Positions 8,725 to 18,997 are shown, numbered from the stretch's first letter. The stretch: DNA of 64,000 bases from Phycisphaerae bacterium (GCA_016782885.1 JADHXQ010000011.1:1042-65041); one strand, 5' to 3'. Notes: a model not told the origin generated them from the sequence alone. Made by a program: numbers and translations.

Positions 8725-9996
8725 TCAGTTGAGCAACCGATTGATCGCGTTGGGCAGTTGAAGGACTTTGACGGTGGTTGTCGATGCGCCGGGCGGTATG
8801 AAGCCCATCGCCTCCACATCATTCAAACCGTACGGGGCAAGGCTGCCATAGGACGAATTGTTGCCGTTCTGCAGCGTAACATGGTAAAGCTTCTTGGTGT
8901 TCTCGTGTGCGGCGATCAGGCGATTGTTGACCGCATCCCACGCCAGCGCCTGAAACTTGCTGTTTGGAACGGCGTCGTTGTCGACTATCTGGGTAATCGC
9001 CCCGGTCGTCTTATCGATCTTGAGGATGCTGTCCTCGCTCTCATCGGTAACGTACAGCACCCCGTTACCGTCGAACGTCATGCCCTCGCCTTCCCCTACT
9101 TTCTCGCTCAACCCTTCCATCGCTCCGACGTCGCTGGTGACCTGGGCGGTGAGCTTGTTGATAAGCAGCAGGTGATCGGCCGTTCCCGACCCGCCTTTTT
9201 GCCCGAGCGCATAGAGCTTGCCATCGGTAGGGTCAATCGCCAGGCCGGTGATGTCTCCGGATGACCAGTTAATCGAGCCGACAATCTCAACAACGTTGGT
9301 CTGGGTGGTCGAGGCCGTGTTGACGTTGAATCGCATCAGGACCGGATCGGAATACGAGCCGATATTCCGCCCCGAAACCATATACGCCACACCATCGCCG
9401 TCGATCGTGAAGCCTTCGATATCACCCCTGGTGCGTTCGTACTCGCCATCGTCGTTCCAGTACAGCAGTCCGTATTTTGTCACATCCATGCTGCTCTGCG
9501 TATAGTCGGCGATTGAGAACAACATGCCGTCATCTTCGTTGACGCCCCAGAGAACCGTGTTCACCCCGACGCTGCCCTGTGATTGTCCCGGTGTCGAAAG
9601 CTTGACGGTCAGCGAATAGACCGCGTCCCCGACTGTCCCGGTGGCGATAAGGGTGGCCGGATCGCTGTTGTTGTCAGCCAGGTCGCCATCGCCCGGATCG
9701 ATCACCCTCCAATTGAAGCTTCCCGACCCCAGCGACCTGGTGGTCGTTACGCCGTTGAGGTTTGCCCGCCAACTGTCGGTATTGTTGATTTGGGTCATCG
9801 CGTGTTCGCTCGCCGAAAACGCGAGCATCCTGGCTTCGGCCCACTGGTTGGCTTGAGTGGTGCTTCGCGTCTGGACGCGGGAGACCGCGACGCTTCCCAA
9901 GCCGATGGCGGTAACGGCCATCGCGACCCCGAGCACCGAAACATACGTCGAACCGCGCCTCCGAGCGCTATAGGATTGTCTGTTATTGTCACTCAT
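8725..9996 (-). CDS. PilX/GspK-like minor pilin with C-terminal beta-propeller domain
   Basis: RRRG|STYVSVLGVAMAVTAIGLG class III-like signal without E5; repeated blades IEGFTIDGDG, ITGLAIDPTDG, GEGMTFDGNG, FQALAWDAVN; last gene of the pilin run. Confidence 0.75.
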   Translation of the reverse strand: MSDNNRQSYSARRRGSTYVSVLGVAMAVTAIGLGSVAVSRVQTRSTTQANQWAEARMLAFSASEHAMTQINNTDSWRANLNGVTTTRSLGSGSFNWRVIDPGDGDLADNNSDPATLIATGTVGDAVYSLTVKLSTPGQSQGSVGVNTVLWGVNEDDGMLFSIADYTQSSMDVTKYGLLYWNDDGEYERTRGDIEGFTIDGDGVAYMVSGRNIGSYSDPVLMRFNVNTASTTQTNVVEIVGSINWSSGDITGLAIDPTDGKLYALGQKGGSGTADHLLLINKLTAQVTSDVGAMEGLSEKVGEGEGMTFDGNGVLYVTDESEDSILKIDKTTGAITQIVDNDAVPNSKFQALAWDAVNNRLIAAHENTKKLYHVTLQNGNNSSYGSLAPYGLNDVEAMGFIPPGASTTTVKVLQLPNAINRLLN

Positions 9997-10009
9997 TTTC
10001 GATTCCTCG

Positions 10010-10654
10010 TCATTCACTCGAAACCGGGACCTTGTTGAGGACGTTCGTACCGGAAGTCACCCGATCGCTCGACTCCGTGCCGATCTGGAGTTCCACTCCC
10101 GCCCAGGTGACGAACGTGGTCTCCACCGACGGCGCCTGGTCGGCCGTACCGACATCACTGCGAATCGCAGCCACCGAACTTTGCTGATCGAACGGATCGG
10201 TTACCGTAACCGTAATCAGTTTGATGCCCTGGTCGGTCGCGCTGACCGAACTCAGATCGGTCGGCAGGACGTACTGCACGGTAACGCTCCGTGTCCATCC
10301 GTCCATACCGGCCAGGGGCGTGCCGTCCTTGTCCTGCGGTGTGGCCGACCAGTTGTGGTAATCGTCCACGTCGTCGAAACTGCTGCGATTCGAGCCGGTT
10401 TCGGAAGCTTCCCGCCCGAAGACGGGGGTTTCAGTCAGATCGGCATAGCTGGCCTGGAGTATCTCAGCCATCAGTTGCGACGCCAGCGCCGGCGCTCGCG
10501 ACTGAGTCTGCCTTATCTTTCTGCCTCGGACCGACGAACCGAGCGTGTTGATCACCATCACGAGCATCCCGCCTACGATCAGGATCGACATTACACTCTC
10601 GACGATGGTGAATCCCAGCCTGCGACAGGCCTTATTGTTCTGGTTTCTGGTCAT
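10010..10654 (-). CDS. Prepilin-type minor pilin (PilV/MshD-like)
   Basis: RRLG|FTIVESVMSILIVGG; FDDVDDY motif typical of MshD-like pilins; start overlaps the upstream stop. Confidence 0.85.
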   Translation of the reverse strand: MTRNQNNKACRRLGFTIVESVMSILIVGGMLVMVINTLGSSVRGRKIRQTQSRAPALASQLMAEILQASYADLTETPVFGREASETGSNRSSFDDVDDYHNWSATPQDKDGTPLAGMDGWTRSVTVQYVLPTDLSSVSATDQGIKLITVTVTDPFDQQSSVAAIRSDVGTADQAPSVETTFVTWAGVELQIGTESSDRVTSGTNVLNKVPVSSE

Positions 10655-12288
10655 TCGGGGTCCCCTAACGTAGTGTAGGTTCCGTAGACGGTGAACCGCA
10701 TGTCTTTCGAGCTTTCCGGGCTGCTCCACGAACTGCCGCTGTTCCAGGTGGTCATCCAGTGGGAATTGGACGTCATGGGATTCCCGTCCTTCTCGTATTC
10801 GATCTTGGCAATCGTCGAACTCCCTGAGGAATATGCGACCACCAGGCAGAATCCATCGTCCGGGCTCAGCTCGCCCAGGGGCGTGAAGTTGACCCGGACC
10901 CACTCAAAACTGCTGCTCAGGTCGGATTCATTGACAGTGCCCTGAACACGAATGGAGGATGTGGGCTTCTGGTTTGAATCGGCGTTGCGAATCTGCACCG
11001 AGATCACGCCGTTGGTGCTGCGGTCTTTCTTGAGCCTGATCCGTACGCCGTTGATTTTCCAGCTTTCGGTGTTCGACGGGAGGGTCGGCTTGAAGTACTG
11101 TGCGGACCACTCGTCATCCTTGATCTTGTCGTCCTTGAAATACCCGCCCGGGGCGTTATCGTGCTCGATGAGTGCCATCTCGGCGCTCTCCTGGGCCTCG
11201 GCGTCGCCGCCGGAACTTGCCGGTGCCAACAGCAGTTCAGGCCCGTTGCCCCCAGAGTGCTCTTTGGAGGCAAACTCCATCCACGCCCAGGAATTGTGCT
11301 TGATGTTCAGCGTGATCGATCCGGAAGAGCGGTAGGCTTCGACGGCCGATGCAGTCAGAGGAATCTCGATCCATTGGTTGGCCTGATAAGACGAGGAAGG
11401 GTCTATCGACCCGATCTCCGAACCGCGGATCCGGGTAAAATAACTCTGGCCGGCACCGCTGGCATTTTCCCATTTCTTGGGGTTGCGGGACTGGTAGCTG
11501 CGATACCTATAGCAGGCGGCCCCGGCTTCGTACTGACCGTTCTTTGTTCCCTCATACCAACTGGCGTTGTTTGCGGTATGCACCATGGGGTAGACGCTGA
11601 GTTTCGCGCTGCCATAGGCTCTGGTCGTAAACAGCCTGAGCTTCGCCGAGGCGATAGTGTAGTCCACACCCGAAAGATCGAAGCCCACCAGCCCCGTGTA
11701 GTAATCGTATCCGCGGACAATCATGGTCGTCCGCCCGCCGTAGCTCCTCGTGCTGGAGGAACCTGAGCTGACGAGCATCGTATCGCCAAGGGCCGCAACG
11801 GTGACTTCCTCAGCCTCGGCATCTCCCGTATCGGCGGCAGCCGGTTGGACGACCTTCGTAATATAGCCCAGATTGAAGTGGTGAACGTCTTCGGCGATAG
11901 TCACCACCGGCCCGCCGTTGTATTGTCGGGTAAGCGTCCCGCCGGCGCCTCCGGACCAGGCATACCTGACCGATTCTGACAATCCGTCGCCGTCGCGGTC
12001 GGGGACCTTGAACGCGGCGGTCGTGCTGGTGCGTTCGGTGAAGCTTTCTGCCAGACTGAGATCTGTCGTGATCTGCGAAATGGTATCGCGTGCCTGGTAG
12101 GTGTTTTCGGTCGCTTCGATGTTATTGTACGACGCCATGGAGGCAATCGACATCACCGAGACCATCCCGCCCATCAGCGTGGTGGTCACGCCGATCGAGA
12201 CGACGGCCTCCATCAGCGAAAAACCCCTTGCCCGGCGTCCGCGTCTCGGGTGGGGGATGAGTTTTCGTTTTCTGCCCGGATAAATCAT
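10651..12288 (-). CDS. Large prepilin-type minor pilin (PilW/GspJ-like) with extra C-terminal beta-sandwich domains
   Basis: RARG|FSLMEAVVSIGV; GLVGFDLS...IASAKLRLF...FASKE...PELLL resembles DNRLRE/CBM96-type modules. Confidence 0.8.
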   Translation of the reverse strand: MIYPGRKRKLIPHPRRGRRARGFSLMEAVVSIGVTTTLMGGMVSVMSIASMASYNNIEATENTYQARDTISQITTDLSLAESFTERTSTTAAFKVPDRDGDGLSESVRYAWSGGAGGTLTRQYNGGPVVTIAEDVHHFNLGYITKVVQPAAADTGDAEAEEVTVAALGDTMLVSSGSSSTRSYGGRTTMIVRGYDYYTGLVGFDLSGVDYTIASAKLRLFTTRAYGSAKLSVYPMVHTANNASWYEGTKNGQYEAGAACYRYRSYQSRNPKKWENASGAGQSYFTRIRGSEIGSIDPSSSYQANQWIEIPLTASAVEAYRSSGSITLNIKHNSWAWMEFASKEHSGGNGPELLLAPASSGGDAEAQESAEMALIEHDNAPGGYFKDDKIKDDEWSAQYFKPTLPSNTESWKINGVRIRLKKDRSTNGVISVQIRNADSNQKPTSSIRVQGTVNESDLSSSFEWVRVNFTPLGELSPDDGFCLVVAYSSGSSTIAKIEYEKDGNPMTSNSHWMTTWNSGSSWSSPESSKDMRFTVYGTYTTLGDPE

Positions 12289-12779
12289 TCCTGAACCTCC
12301 GCTTTTCCACTGTCGGCGTCGAGCACTATGGTCTTGCTGTAATCGCCTACCGCCACGACCACTGTCCCGCCGCTGTCGGGAACACCGTATCCGTCGAAGG
12401 TCACGTCGCCATTACCGTCGAAATTGGCAGAGACGATTCTGGCTTTGTATGGCGCCGACGACAGGGACACCGAATAATCCGACGCGGAAGTTTTCATGTC
12501 CGCCACGCCGGGGAGTTGGTATGCGTTATTTGCGACGTTGAAATTGACCGCCTGGGAGGTCGACGATATTCTGGCGCGCTTTCTGGCAAAGGTCAGATCT
12601 GCGGCTACTTTCCTGGCGGCCGATGCGGTTCGATAGCGGGCAACGGCCTGCCCGTAGCGTGGAGTGGCAATCGCCGCCAGTATCGCCATGATCACCATCA
12701 CGACGACCAGTTCGAGCAGCGAGAAACCGCCTCCGCTCCGTCTCGTTCTCCGTCGATCACTGTCCGGGCTCTTGCCCAT
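12285..12779 (-). CDS. Prepilin-type minor pilin (FimT/GspH-like)
   Basis: GG|FSLLELVVVMVIMAILAAIATP; VTFDGYGVP; GGAGGAG RBS. Confidence 0.88.
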   Translation of the reverse strand: MGKSPDSDRRRTRRSGGGFSLLELVVVMVIMAILAAIATPRYGQAVARYRTASAARKVAADLTFARKRARISSTSQAVNFNVANNAYQLPGVADMKTSASDYSVSLSSAPYKARIVSANFDGNGDVTFDGYGVPDSGGTVVVAVGDYSKTIVLDADSGKAEVQE

Positions 12780-12942
12780 TGCCGGCTCCTCCGTACAACT
12801 CACCCGCCCCTAAACGCCACAGGCCGCTTGGCGCCATTCCCAGGGGAATGCATGCCAAGCGGTCCTGTAAACTCTCCTCCCGGGAAAGCACACGGCCTTG
12901 CGGTCATCCCTCCCCGACCGCAAGGCACAGGCTCGTAATATC

Positions 12943-13422
12943 CTAGTACGTATTGTACGCCACGTCGGAAGAATCCTTCTCCGCATCAGTAGTGTTGGAC
13001 TTGATCGTGCCCGAAGCGGCAGTGTAGATCCAACCAACGGTGTCGCCGGTGGCGGCGGCGATACCGACCTGGCCCTTCTTGGCGCCTACCGGAAGCTTAG
13101 GGACCTTGCGAAGGTACGGACCGTAAAGGTACGTCGAAGACTTCGTGGCGTTGGTAGCCCCTGCGCTGCTGCTGTACAGCGTCAGTTGATTGGCTATGGT
13201 GCCCACGGCGGGGTACGTCCCGTTGTGCTCGCCGGCGTACATGTCGATGGCATTACGCAAAACGGACAAATTACCGCTCAACGCCGCATCGGCCGCTCCG
13301 GCTGAACCGCGGGACATCCGGGGGATCGCAACAGCAGCCACAATACCCATGATCACGATGACAATCACGAGTTCCAGCAGGCTGAAGCCGCTTGCCTTTC
13401 GTCTTTTTCTCCAACTATTCAT
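12943..13422 (-). CDS. Major pilin/pseudopilin (GspG/PilA-like)
   Basis: SG|FSLLELVIVIVIMGIVAAVAIP; LRNAIDMY..EH..YP; GPYLRKVP. Confidence 0.9.
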   Translation of the reverse strand: MNSWRKRRKASGFSLLELVIVIVIMGIVAAVAIPRMSRGSAGAADAALSGNLSVLRNAIDMYAGEHNGTYPAVGTIANQLTLYSSSAGATNATKSSTYLYGPYLRKVPKLPVGAKKGQVGIAAATGDTVGWIYTAASGTIKSNTTDAEKDSSDVAYNTY

Positions 13423-13492
13423 TTGTTTAATCTCCGTTTCCTTAGAGTGCATCTCTGGTCAGCCAGCGACCGCCGTTGGCTTCTATCAACTG

Positions 13493-13519
13493 GAATCGAC
13501 CAAGCGCAGGGTCGACTTA
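13493..13519 (-). promoter_or_regulatory. Sigma28 (FliA/WhiG)-like promoter upstream of the major pilin
   Basis: TAAG-N15-GTCGATTC against consensus TAAA-N15-GCCGATAA. Confidence 0.45.
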
Positions 13520-13607
13520 AGTTACGAATGATGTTTTTTCGACTCGGAGTCGGGCCTCAAAACCCTGCCTGAGCAGGGGCCCGGGTGAAATTGCCGGTTC
13601 GGCTATA

Positions 13608-14186
13608 TTATCGATTGACATTTTCGGGGGCTGCGGCATTGAGTTTCAATACCACTTCGGCGCCCTCGCAGGTCAAAACGGCCGTGTCAGCCGTTACAGA
13701 TTTCAGTTCAAAACCATCTACCTTCTGCCCGATAGACACGCAGTCACCGTTGATTATCGCGATACTGCGGTCCGAGGCTGTAATGGCGCCCTTAAGCTGA
13801 TGCGTGCGGGCAAACTCCTGTGCCTTAACCTCGGCGGAGTCAACTACGGGTTCCTCATCGACCACCACCTTGCCGCCTCGCGGGCCAACCCACTCAGGCG
13901 ACGGGAGGAATGCGTCCTTAACTGCTGACGGTTCCAGACGACGTGAACGTGCAAGTGAATCGAGGCGTTTTGCCAGGACGGTGCGAACTTCCGCAACCTG
14001 AGTCTCCCGGTCGTCAGCCGGAGAGAATACCTCCGCTGCGATCTCATCGCCCGCCTCGCCAATGGCGGCTTGGGCTTTGTCCGGACCGGCTGGGGAACCA
14101 CCGGGCATTACGCGGTCGGCAAGGAATACCGCCACCGCGAGGCCCAGAACCGCGAACATCACTTTATGTTTCTTCTGTATCTCCAT
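13608..14186 (-). CDS. Pilus/T2SS assembly protein (PilP/GspB/GspC-like)
   Basis: Single N-terminal TM; C-terminal LKGAI...AIING...IGQKVDGFELKSV domain; located in the pil cluster. Confidence 0.65.
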   Translation of the reverse strand: MEIQKKHKVMFAVLGLAVAVFLADRVMPGGSPAGPDKAQAAIGEAGDEIAAEVFSPADDRETQVAEVRTVLAKRLDSLARSRRLEPSAVKDAFLPSPEWVGPRGGKVVVDEEPVVDSAEVKAQEFARTHQLKGAITASDRSIAIINGDCVSIGQKVDGFELKSVTADTAVLTCEGAEVVLKLNAAAPENVNR

Positions 14187-14329
14187 CGGTATCTCCATCG
14201 CATGAAGTAGACGATACACATCGGGAGAAAGCAAATGTAGTCGGTATTTTTTTATCCAACGATACGTCTTTGTATATTAAGTAGCTACAGACAAGCAAAC
14301 AATTGGCGGCGTTCCAATTGCCATGCCGT

Positions 14330-14357
14330 TTGACATCGCCGGGAAACACGATACAAT
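14330..14357 (+). promoter_or_regulatory. Sigma70-like promoter of the beta-helix gene, with a palindrome at 14300-14320
   Basis: TTGACA-16 nt-TACAAT; CAATTGG-N7-CCAATTG just upstream. Confidence 0.6.
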
Positions 14358-14418
14358 CACCGGGAAAACCCGCAGACGACCGCCCGGGGCGAATGAGTAA
14401 CGTGCAGGAGATCGTGCA

Positions 14419-16773
14419 ATGACAGGACATAGGCATCTCAACCGATTCGAACAGGTTTCCTTTGCGCTCATTGCCTGGTTTGTTCTCTGCTCGAGCGCGG
14501 CGAGAGGGGCCAAAATCTATGTATCGCCCGATGGTAATGACAAATGGTCGGGGCAATTACCCGCAACAAAAGCGGACCGCACCGATGGACCGTTCCGTAC
14601 GCTGAAGCGGGCCTCCGCAACTACCGGGCCCGGTGACACCTGTTTCATTCGCGGGGGTATATACCACCAGACTCTCCGCCCCGCACAGAGCGGTAAGCCG
14701 GGGCAGCCGATCACGTTCAGAAACTACGAGAACGAGCGAGCGGTCATCAGCGGCGCCGACCGTGTAACTGGCTGGAAGAGAGGCGACGCGGGCGTCTACA
14801 CGGCCGGCGTCTCCTGGGATTTAAAGGACGGTAACCAGGTCTTCGCCGATGGGCGGATGCTAATCCAGGCCCGCTGGCCCGACATCTCCGGAACACTTAT
14901 GAAGCCCGTTCGCGCGCGGGCCCAAAGCGGGACTGCCAACACGCTGACCGACCCGAAGCTCACCGGCGCCGACGGCGCCTGGAAGGGCGCATTGCTTTGG
15001 TGTGCCGGAGGATCGGAGTGGATCTGCTGGTCCGCGCGCGTCACCGCATACAACGCCAAAACTCATACGCTGACGTTCGACCGGAAACAGACCAACCGGT
15101 GGTACCAACCGAGAAAGGGAAATCCGTACGTGCTGATGGGCGTGCGAAAGGCACTGGACTCAGGCGGTGAATGGTGGATGGACGGGAAAAATGGCAAGCT
15201 GCATCTTCGCCCACCGGGCGGGAAGACGCCCGCGGCGCTCGGTCTCGGTGTCAAACACCGCTTCGACGCGATCGACCTGTCCGCACGGTCCCACATTCAA
15301 ATCATCGGATTGCACTTCCACGCCGCGGGTATCCGCACGGACAAGGCATCGTCGGACATCGTTCTGCGAGGTCTGCGGGGCAGCTACGTCGCCCACTCCT
15401 ACGAAAAGGACATCTCCGGAAAGTCCGGCGTTTTGATACACGGCAGGCGGATCGACGTGTCCGACTGCGAGTTTGCCTTCAGTTCCGGAAGCGTGGTCGA
15501 CATGCGCGGCAGTGATAACCGGCTGGTCAACTGCTATATCCACAACGGTAATTACGGCGCCAAGTGGCGCGGTACGCTCGCCGCGGCCGGGCAAAGGCAC
15601 GTGATCGCCTACAATACCATTCGCCATTCCGGTCGCGACCTGGTCAACATCCACGGGCTCACCGAGAGCCTTATAGAATATAACGACCTGTCGGACGCGG
15701 GCTGGTTGACCAGCGACCTCGGTATGATCTACGGGCACAACACCGACTTCGGTAACACGGAGATCCGCTACAATCTCGTTCACGACAACCACGCCCCGGC
15801 GTGCAATATGGGAATCTACTTCGACCACCTCAGCCACAATGTCATCGTCCATCACAACGCCGTCTGGAACGTGCGGCGCGACCCGATCCGCATCAACAAC
15901 CCCAGCTACAACAACCTCGTCTACCACAACACCTGCTGGAACACTGGACCGATCACGACGTTCGACCACAGCCGGCGCAACGACCTGTTCGGCACGCGAT
16001 ACCACAACAATATCCTCAGCGCCCCCATCCGCCTGCCAAAGCACGTGTCCGTAACGCACAACCTCGTCGCCAAGGCCCCCGCGCTGGTCGATCCGGCCGG
16101 GCGTAATTTCGCGCTGAAGGGCAACTCGAAGGCCCGCAATACAGCCCTGGTCATCGAAGGTATGGTCTCAGCAGACATCGGCGCACTGGAGTTCGAGAAG
16201 AAGCCCTGGAAGGCGGGACACGACTTTTCCCGCTCGGCGCCACCGGTGAGCGTATTGAATCGCCCGAAAATCGGGTACATGAACCTCGTAAGAAACGCCT
16301 GCTTCGAGTTGCCAACGCTGGAAGGCTGGACCAAAACCGGCGCCCGAAAAGCCCAATTGACCCCCGGAAACGGGTGGGGCAACAATTTCGGATCCGGTAA
16401 GGCACACGCCACGGGAACATCCAAGCTTGAGCTTCGCCTCGGGCCCGGCGCAGACGGCATCGAGCAAACAGTCAACGGTCTGCATCCGAAAACTCGCTAC
16501 ACGCTGTCGGCGTGGTTAAGAGTTTCGGACAAGAACGAGTCGATCAGTCTGGGCGTCAGGGGCTTCGGCGGAAAGGAAGTCTCCACGTCGACAAGCAGCG
16601 CCGCCTGGGTCCGTAAAATAGTCACGTTCGAGACCGGACCAACCGCCCGCAGCGTAACAATCACCCTGAAAAAGACATCCTCCGGTCCGGGACGCGCCTG
16701 GTGCGACAACGTAGCGTTACCCCTTGCTCAGATTCACATCCGCCAGGGCGTACCAGAGCAGGTCGACCCGTAG
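14419..16773 (+). CDS. Secreted right-handed beta-helix protein with C-terminal CBM4/9-like module (probable glycan-active enzyme)
   Basis: Signal peptide, IYVSPDGND...GPFRTL, Asn-rich beta-helix repeats, NLVRNACFE...YTLSAWL module; AGGAG RBS. Confidence 0.85.
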   Translation: MTGHRHLNRFEQVSFALIAWFVLCSSAARGAKIYVSPDGNDKWSGQLPATKADRTDGPFRTLKRASATTGPGDTCFIRGGIYHQTLRPAQSGKPGQPITFRNYENERAVISGADRVTGWKRGDAGVYTAGVSWDLKDGNQVFADGRMLIQARWPDISGTLMKPVRARAQSGTANTLTDPKLTGADGAWKGALLWCAGGSEWICWSARVTAYNAKTHTLTFDRKQTNRWYQPRKGNPYVLMGVRKALDSGGEWWMDGKNGKLHLRPPGGKTPAALGLGVKHRFDAIDLSARSHIQIIGLHFHAAGIRTDKASSDIVLRGLRGSYVAHSYEKDISGKSGVLIHGRRIDVSDCEFAFSSGSVVDMRGSDNRLVNCYIHNGNYGAKWRGTLAAAGQRHVIAYNTIRHSGRDLVNIHGLTESLIEYNDLSDAGWLTSDLGMIYGHNTDFGNTEIRYNLVHDNHAPACNMGIYFDHLSHNVIVHHNAVWNVRRDPIRINNPSYNNLVYHNTCWNTGPITTFDHSRRNDLFGTRYHNNILSAPIRLPKHVSVTHNLVAKAPALVDPAGRNFALKGNSKARNTALVIEGMVSADIGALEFEKKPWKAGHDFSRSAPPVSVLNRPKIGYMNLVRNACFELPTLEGWTKTGARKAQLTPGNGWGNNFGSGKAHATGTSKLELRLGPGADGIEQTVNGLHPKTRYTLSAWLRVSDKNESISLGVRGFGGKEVSTSTSSAAWVRKIVTFETGPTARSVTITLKKTSSGPGRAWCDNVALPLAQIHIRQGVPEQVDP

Positions 16774-17292
16774 CTTTGTGGGTTCTGTGGGATTTGTCGG
16801 ATCGCCTTTGACTTCAAAAGACGCCACTGATGTGTCGGGAAACTCTCTTTGCAATTCCCGCAGAAGCTTAACGCATGCCGTGAAACTACCGCTTCCGACG
16901 AGGTAGATTGGCACGGTCTGGTATCTGCTGCCGCGCAAGCACTTGTCCGGTCGAAGGCGGTCGAGTTTCAACCCGCATTGTCCCGCAAGGTTCGCTATAC
17001 GGCCCAAGTGGCTGTTGACTTGACCGACCGGTTTCAGATCGACGGTGTTATCCGCCAATTCCTGCCTGATCTGCGTGATTTCAGAGGCGACACGCGCGAC
17101 TTTCGCGGACAGTTTTCTCGCCTTTTCATGCTGGGCCTTGAGTTCGATCTCCCTGAGAGCAAAACCCTGATGACGCCGGATAACCGGATAAACACCCACC
17201 GCATAGGCGATCAGGGCCAGGAGGGCGCAGATGCCTACCGCGGCCAGATCAACATACAAAGGTTTGAGTTTCGTGAACTTCATTCGATTCAC
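16717..17292 (-). CDS. pilO: Type IV pilus assembly protein PilO / GspM-like
   Basis: TM, coiled coil, ferredoxin-like C-domain (GSGSF..CVKLLREL); follows pilM and pilN. Confidence 0.75.
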   Translation of the reverse strand: MNRMKFTKLKPLYVDLAAVGICALLALIAYAVGVYPVIRRHQGFALREIELKAQHEKARKLSAKVARVASEITQIRQELADNTVDLKPVGQVNSHLGRIANLAGQCGLKLDRLRPDKCLRGSRYQTVPIYLVGSGSFTACVKLLRELQREFPDTSVASFEVKGDPTNPTEPTKLRVDLLWYALADVNLSKG

Positions 17293-17936
17293 CGTTTCCG
17301 GTCGGTTGTTCCTTCAAAGCGGCACTTCAGGCGGAAGGCAATGGCTTTGGCATTCAGGAAAGGCTCTCGGATAGTGCTTACGAGCCCTACGTTATCAAAC
17401 ATACCGGATCGTTCCAACCGCAGGACAAACTGCGAAACGGCCGTTTGCGACCGCCCGAAACCTGATACAGTCAAGACAAAAACCATCTTCTGTTTCTTCT
17501 CTTCCAAAACACTTGTCACAGGGATCTTCGAATCGCGCCGCCTGCCTGATGCCCCCTCCAGCGGGATCATTATCTCGTCGAGTTCGCAACTCCTGAGCAC
17601 AACTTCATTCCCAAGCCCGTCTGCCAGCAGCGCCAGCACCACACTCCAGTCGGGCTGACGACCAACGCCCCTGAATGTGTCAAGCTTCCAACGCGATGCA
17701 ACCAATTGCTCCCGCAACCCTGAGATAGTCCTTCCCGATGTCGCAATGCGGTCTCTGGTCTGTCGGATTTCACCGGCCAGCGGATCCGGTCCGACGCCCC
17801 ATGTCCTGTGGCAGGTGATGCAGATCATCACAAGCATCCCCACAAAAGCCACCCCGACCGCCAACCACTGGCGCACGCGAGCGCGGCAGGCCTTGGCCTG
17901 ACGTCTGGGAGCCGGCATGAGGTTAAAGCACTTCAC
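17289..17936 (-). CDS. pilN: Type IV pilus assembly protein PilN
   Basis: N-terminal FNLMP motif, TM, coiled coil, VSGFG...VSQFVLRLERSGMF. Confidence 0.82.
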   Translation of the reverse strand: MKCFNLMPAPRRQAKACRARVRQWLAVGVAFVGMLVMICITCHRTWGVGPDPLAGEIRQTRDRIATSGRTISGLREQLVASRWKLDTFRGVGRQPDWSVVLALLADGLGNEVVLRSCELDEIMIPLEGASGRRRDSKIPVTSVLEEKKQKMVFVLTVSGFGRSQTAVSQFVLRLERSGMFDNVGLVSTIREPFLNAKAIAFRLKCRFEGTTDRKR

Positions 17937-18997
17937 TTATTTCTCTCGGAAAACTGCCCCAGTCCAGCCGCCGCGGTAAGCGACGGACCGAACTGCTGTT
18001 CGATATCCGGCGAACATTTTACGATATCGCCTGAGCGAACCGTTCGTACGTAAAAATCAAGGACCGAATTCAGTTGCCCCTCGAGTCCGGGTATCCGCGC
18101 TCCCCCCCCGACCAGCAGCAGCGTCTCGGGCAATGCGTCGGGATACTGGTTGGCGAGATAGGAAAGCGGTATCCGCATTTCTTCGACCAGCGCCTCGCAG
18201 TAGGCGTTAACGGCAAGGTTAACCACCCGGACCGAGGCCGGAGTGATGTCCGCACATTCGGGCGAAAGGCCTACCTGGCGAACGAGGAGTTCGGACTTCT
18301 TGTGATGCAGTTTCAACTCCCTGCCCAGCGAGTCAACAACCGAACCGATACCGCACTTGACCAACTTCCGTTCGTAGACAACCACGCCCTGGTAGATGAG
18401 AACCAGATCGGCCTGATCCCATCCAAGGTCCAGAATTGCCGCAATGCCCGTGACGCCCTGTAGCAGCGGGCTGCACGCCCGCGATACGGCAGATGCGTGT
18501 ATGTCCAGTGCGTAGACGTCGAGGTGTTCGGCCTCGACGATATCCACAAGTTCATCGGCCTTTTCGTGGCTGAAACCTGCCGCCATCACATATGTAGCCC
18601 CTCCTGCGCGGGCCGGAGCGGGCAGATCCCAGCAGGCTATCTCGAACGAATTCGGTTCGCGGCGGTGCATTCTGGACAGTTCGCCCCTGGCCAACTGCTC
18701 GATCGGAGCACCCGAAGATCTGGGCGGAAGCTCCATTATACCGGTTAGCAGTTGACTGAATGGAACGGCAAGGACTACCCGGCGCCCCTTGAACAAACCC
18801 TTGGCAAACAGGTCGCGAAGTTGGACGATATCGGCGCTTTCCACCGGACCGCCCGGATTGTCGCGCGGGATAGACCCCGCCGCGGTGACGCACCACCGCC
18901 CCGGGGCGCCACGGAGCTGGACAGCCTTTATATGCCGCCCCCCAATGTCAACGCCTATCGGCAGAGAAGATGTTCCAGACAACAACCTCACTATCAA
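17933..18997 (-). CDS. pilM: Type IV pilus assembly protein PilM (actin-like)
   Basis: IGVDIGGRHIKAVQL, AILDLG, LLVGGGARIPGL, AAGLG. Confidence 0.87.
   Translation of the reverse strand: MIVRLLSGTSSLPIGVDIGGRHIKAVQLRGAPGRWCVTAAGSIPRDNPGGPVESADIVQLRDLFAKGLFKGRRVVLAVPFSQLLTGIMELPPRSSGAPIEQLARGELSRMHRREPNSFEIACWDLPAPARAGGATYVMAAGFSHEKADELVDIVEAEHLDVYALDIHASAVSRACSPLLQGVTGIAAILDLGWDQADLVLIYQGVVVYERKLVKCGIGSVVDSLGRELKLHHKKSELLVRQVGLSPECADITPASVRVVNLAVNAYCEALVEEMRIPLSYLANQYPDALPETLLLVGGGARIPGLEGQLNSVLDFYVRTVRSGDIVKCSPDIEQQFGPSLTAAAGLGQFSERNK

Noticed and set aside
14187-14418. Target-site duplication for the beta-helix gene insertion
   Set aside because: No matching repeat was found near 16700-16780 by eye
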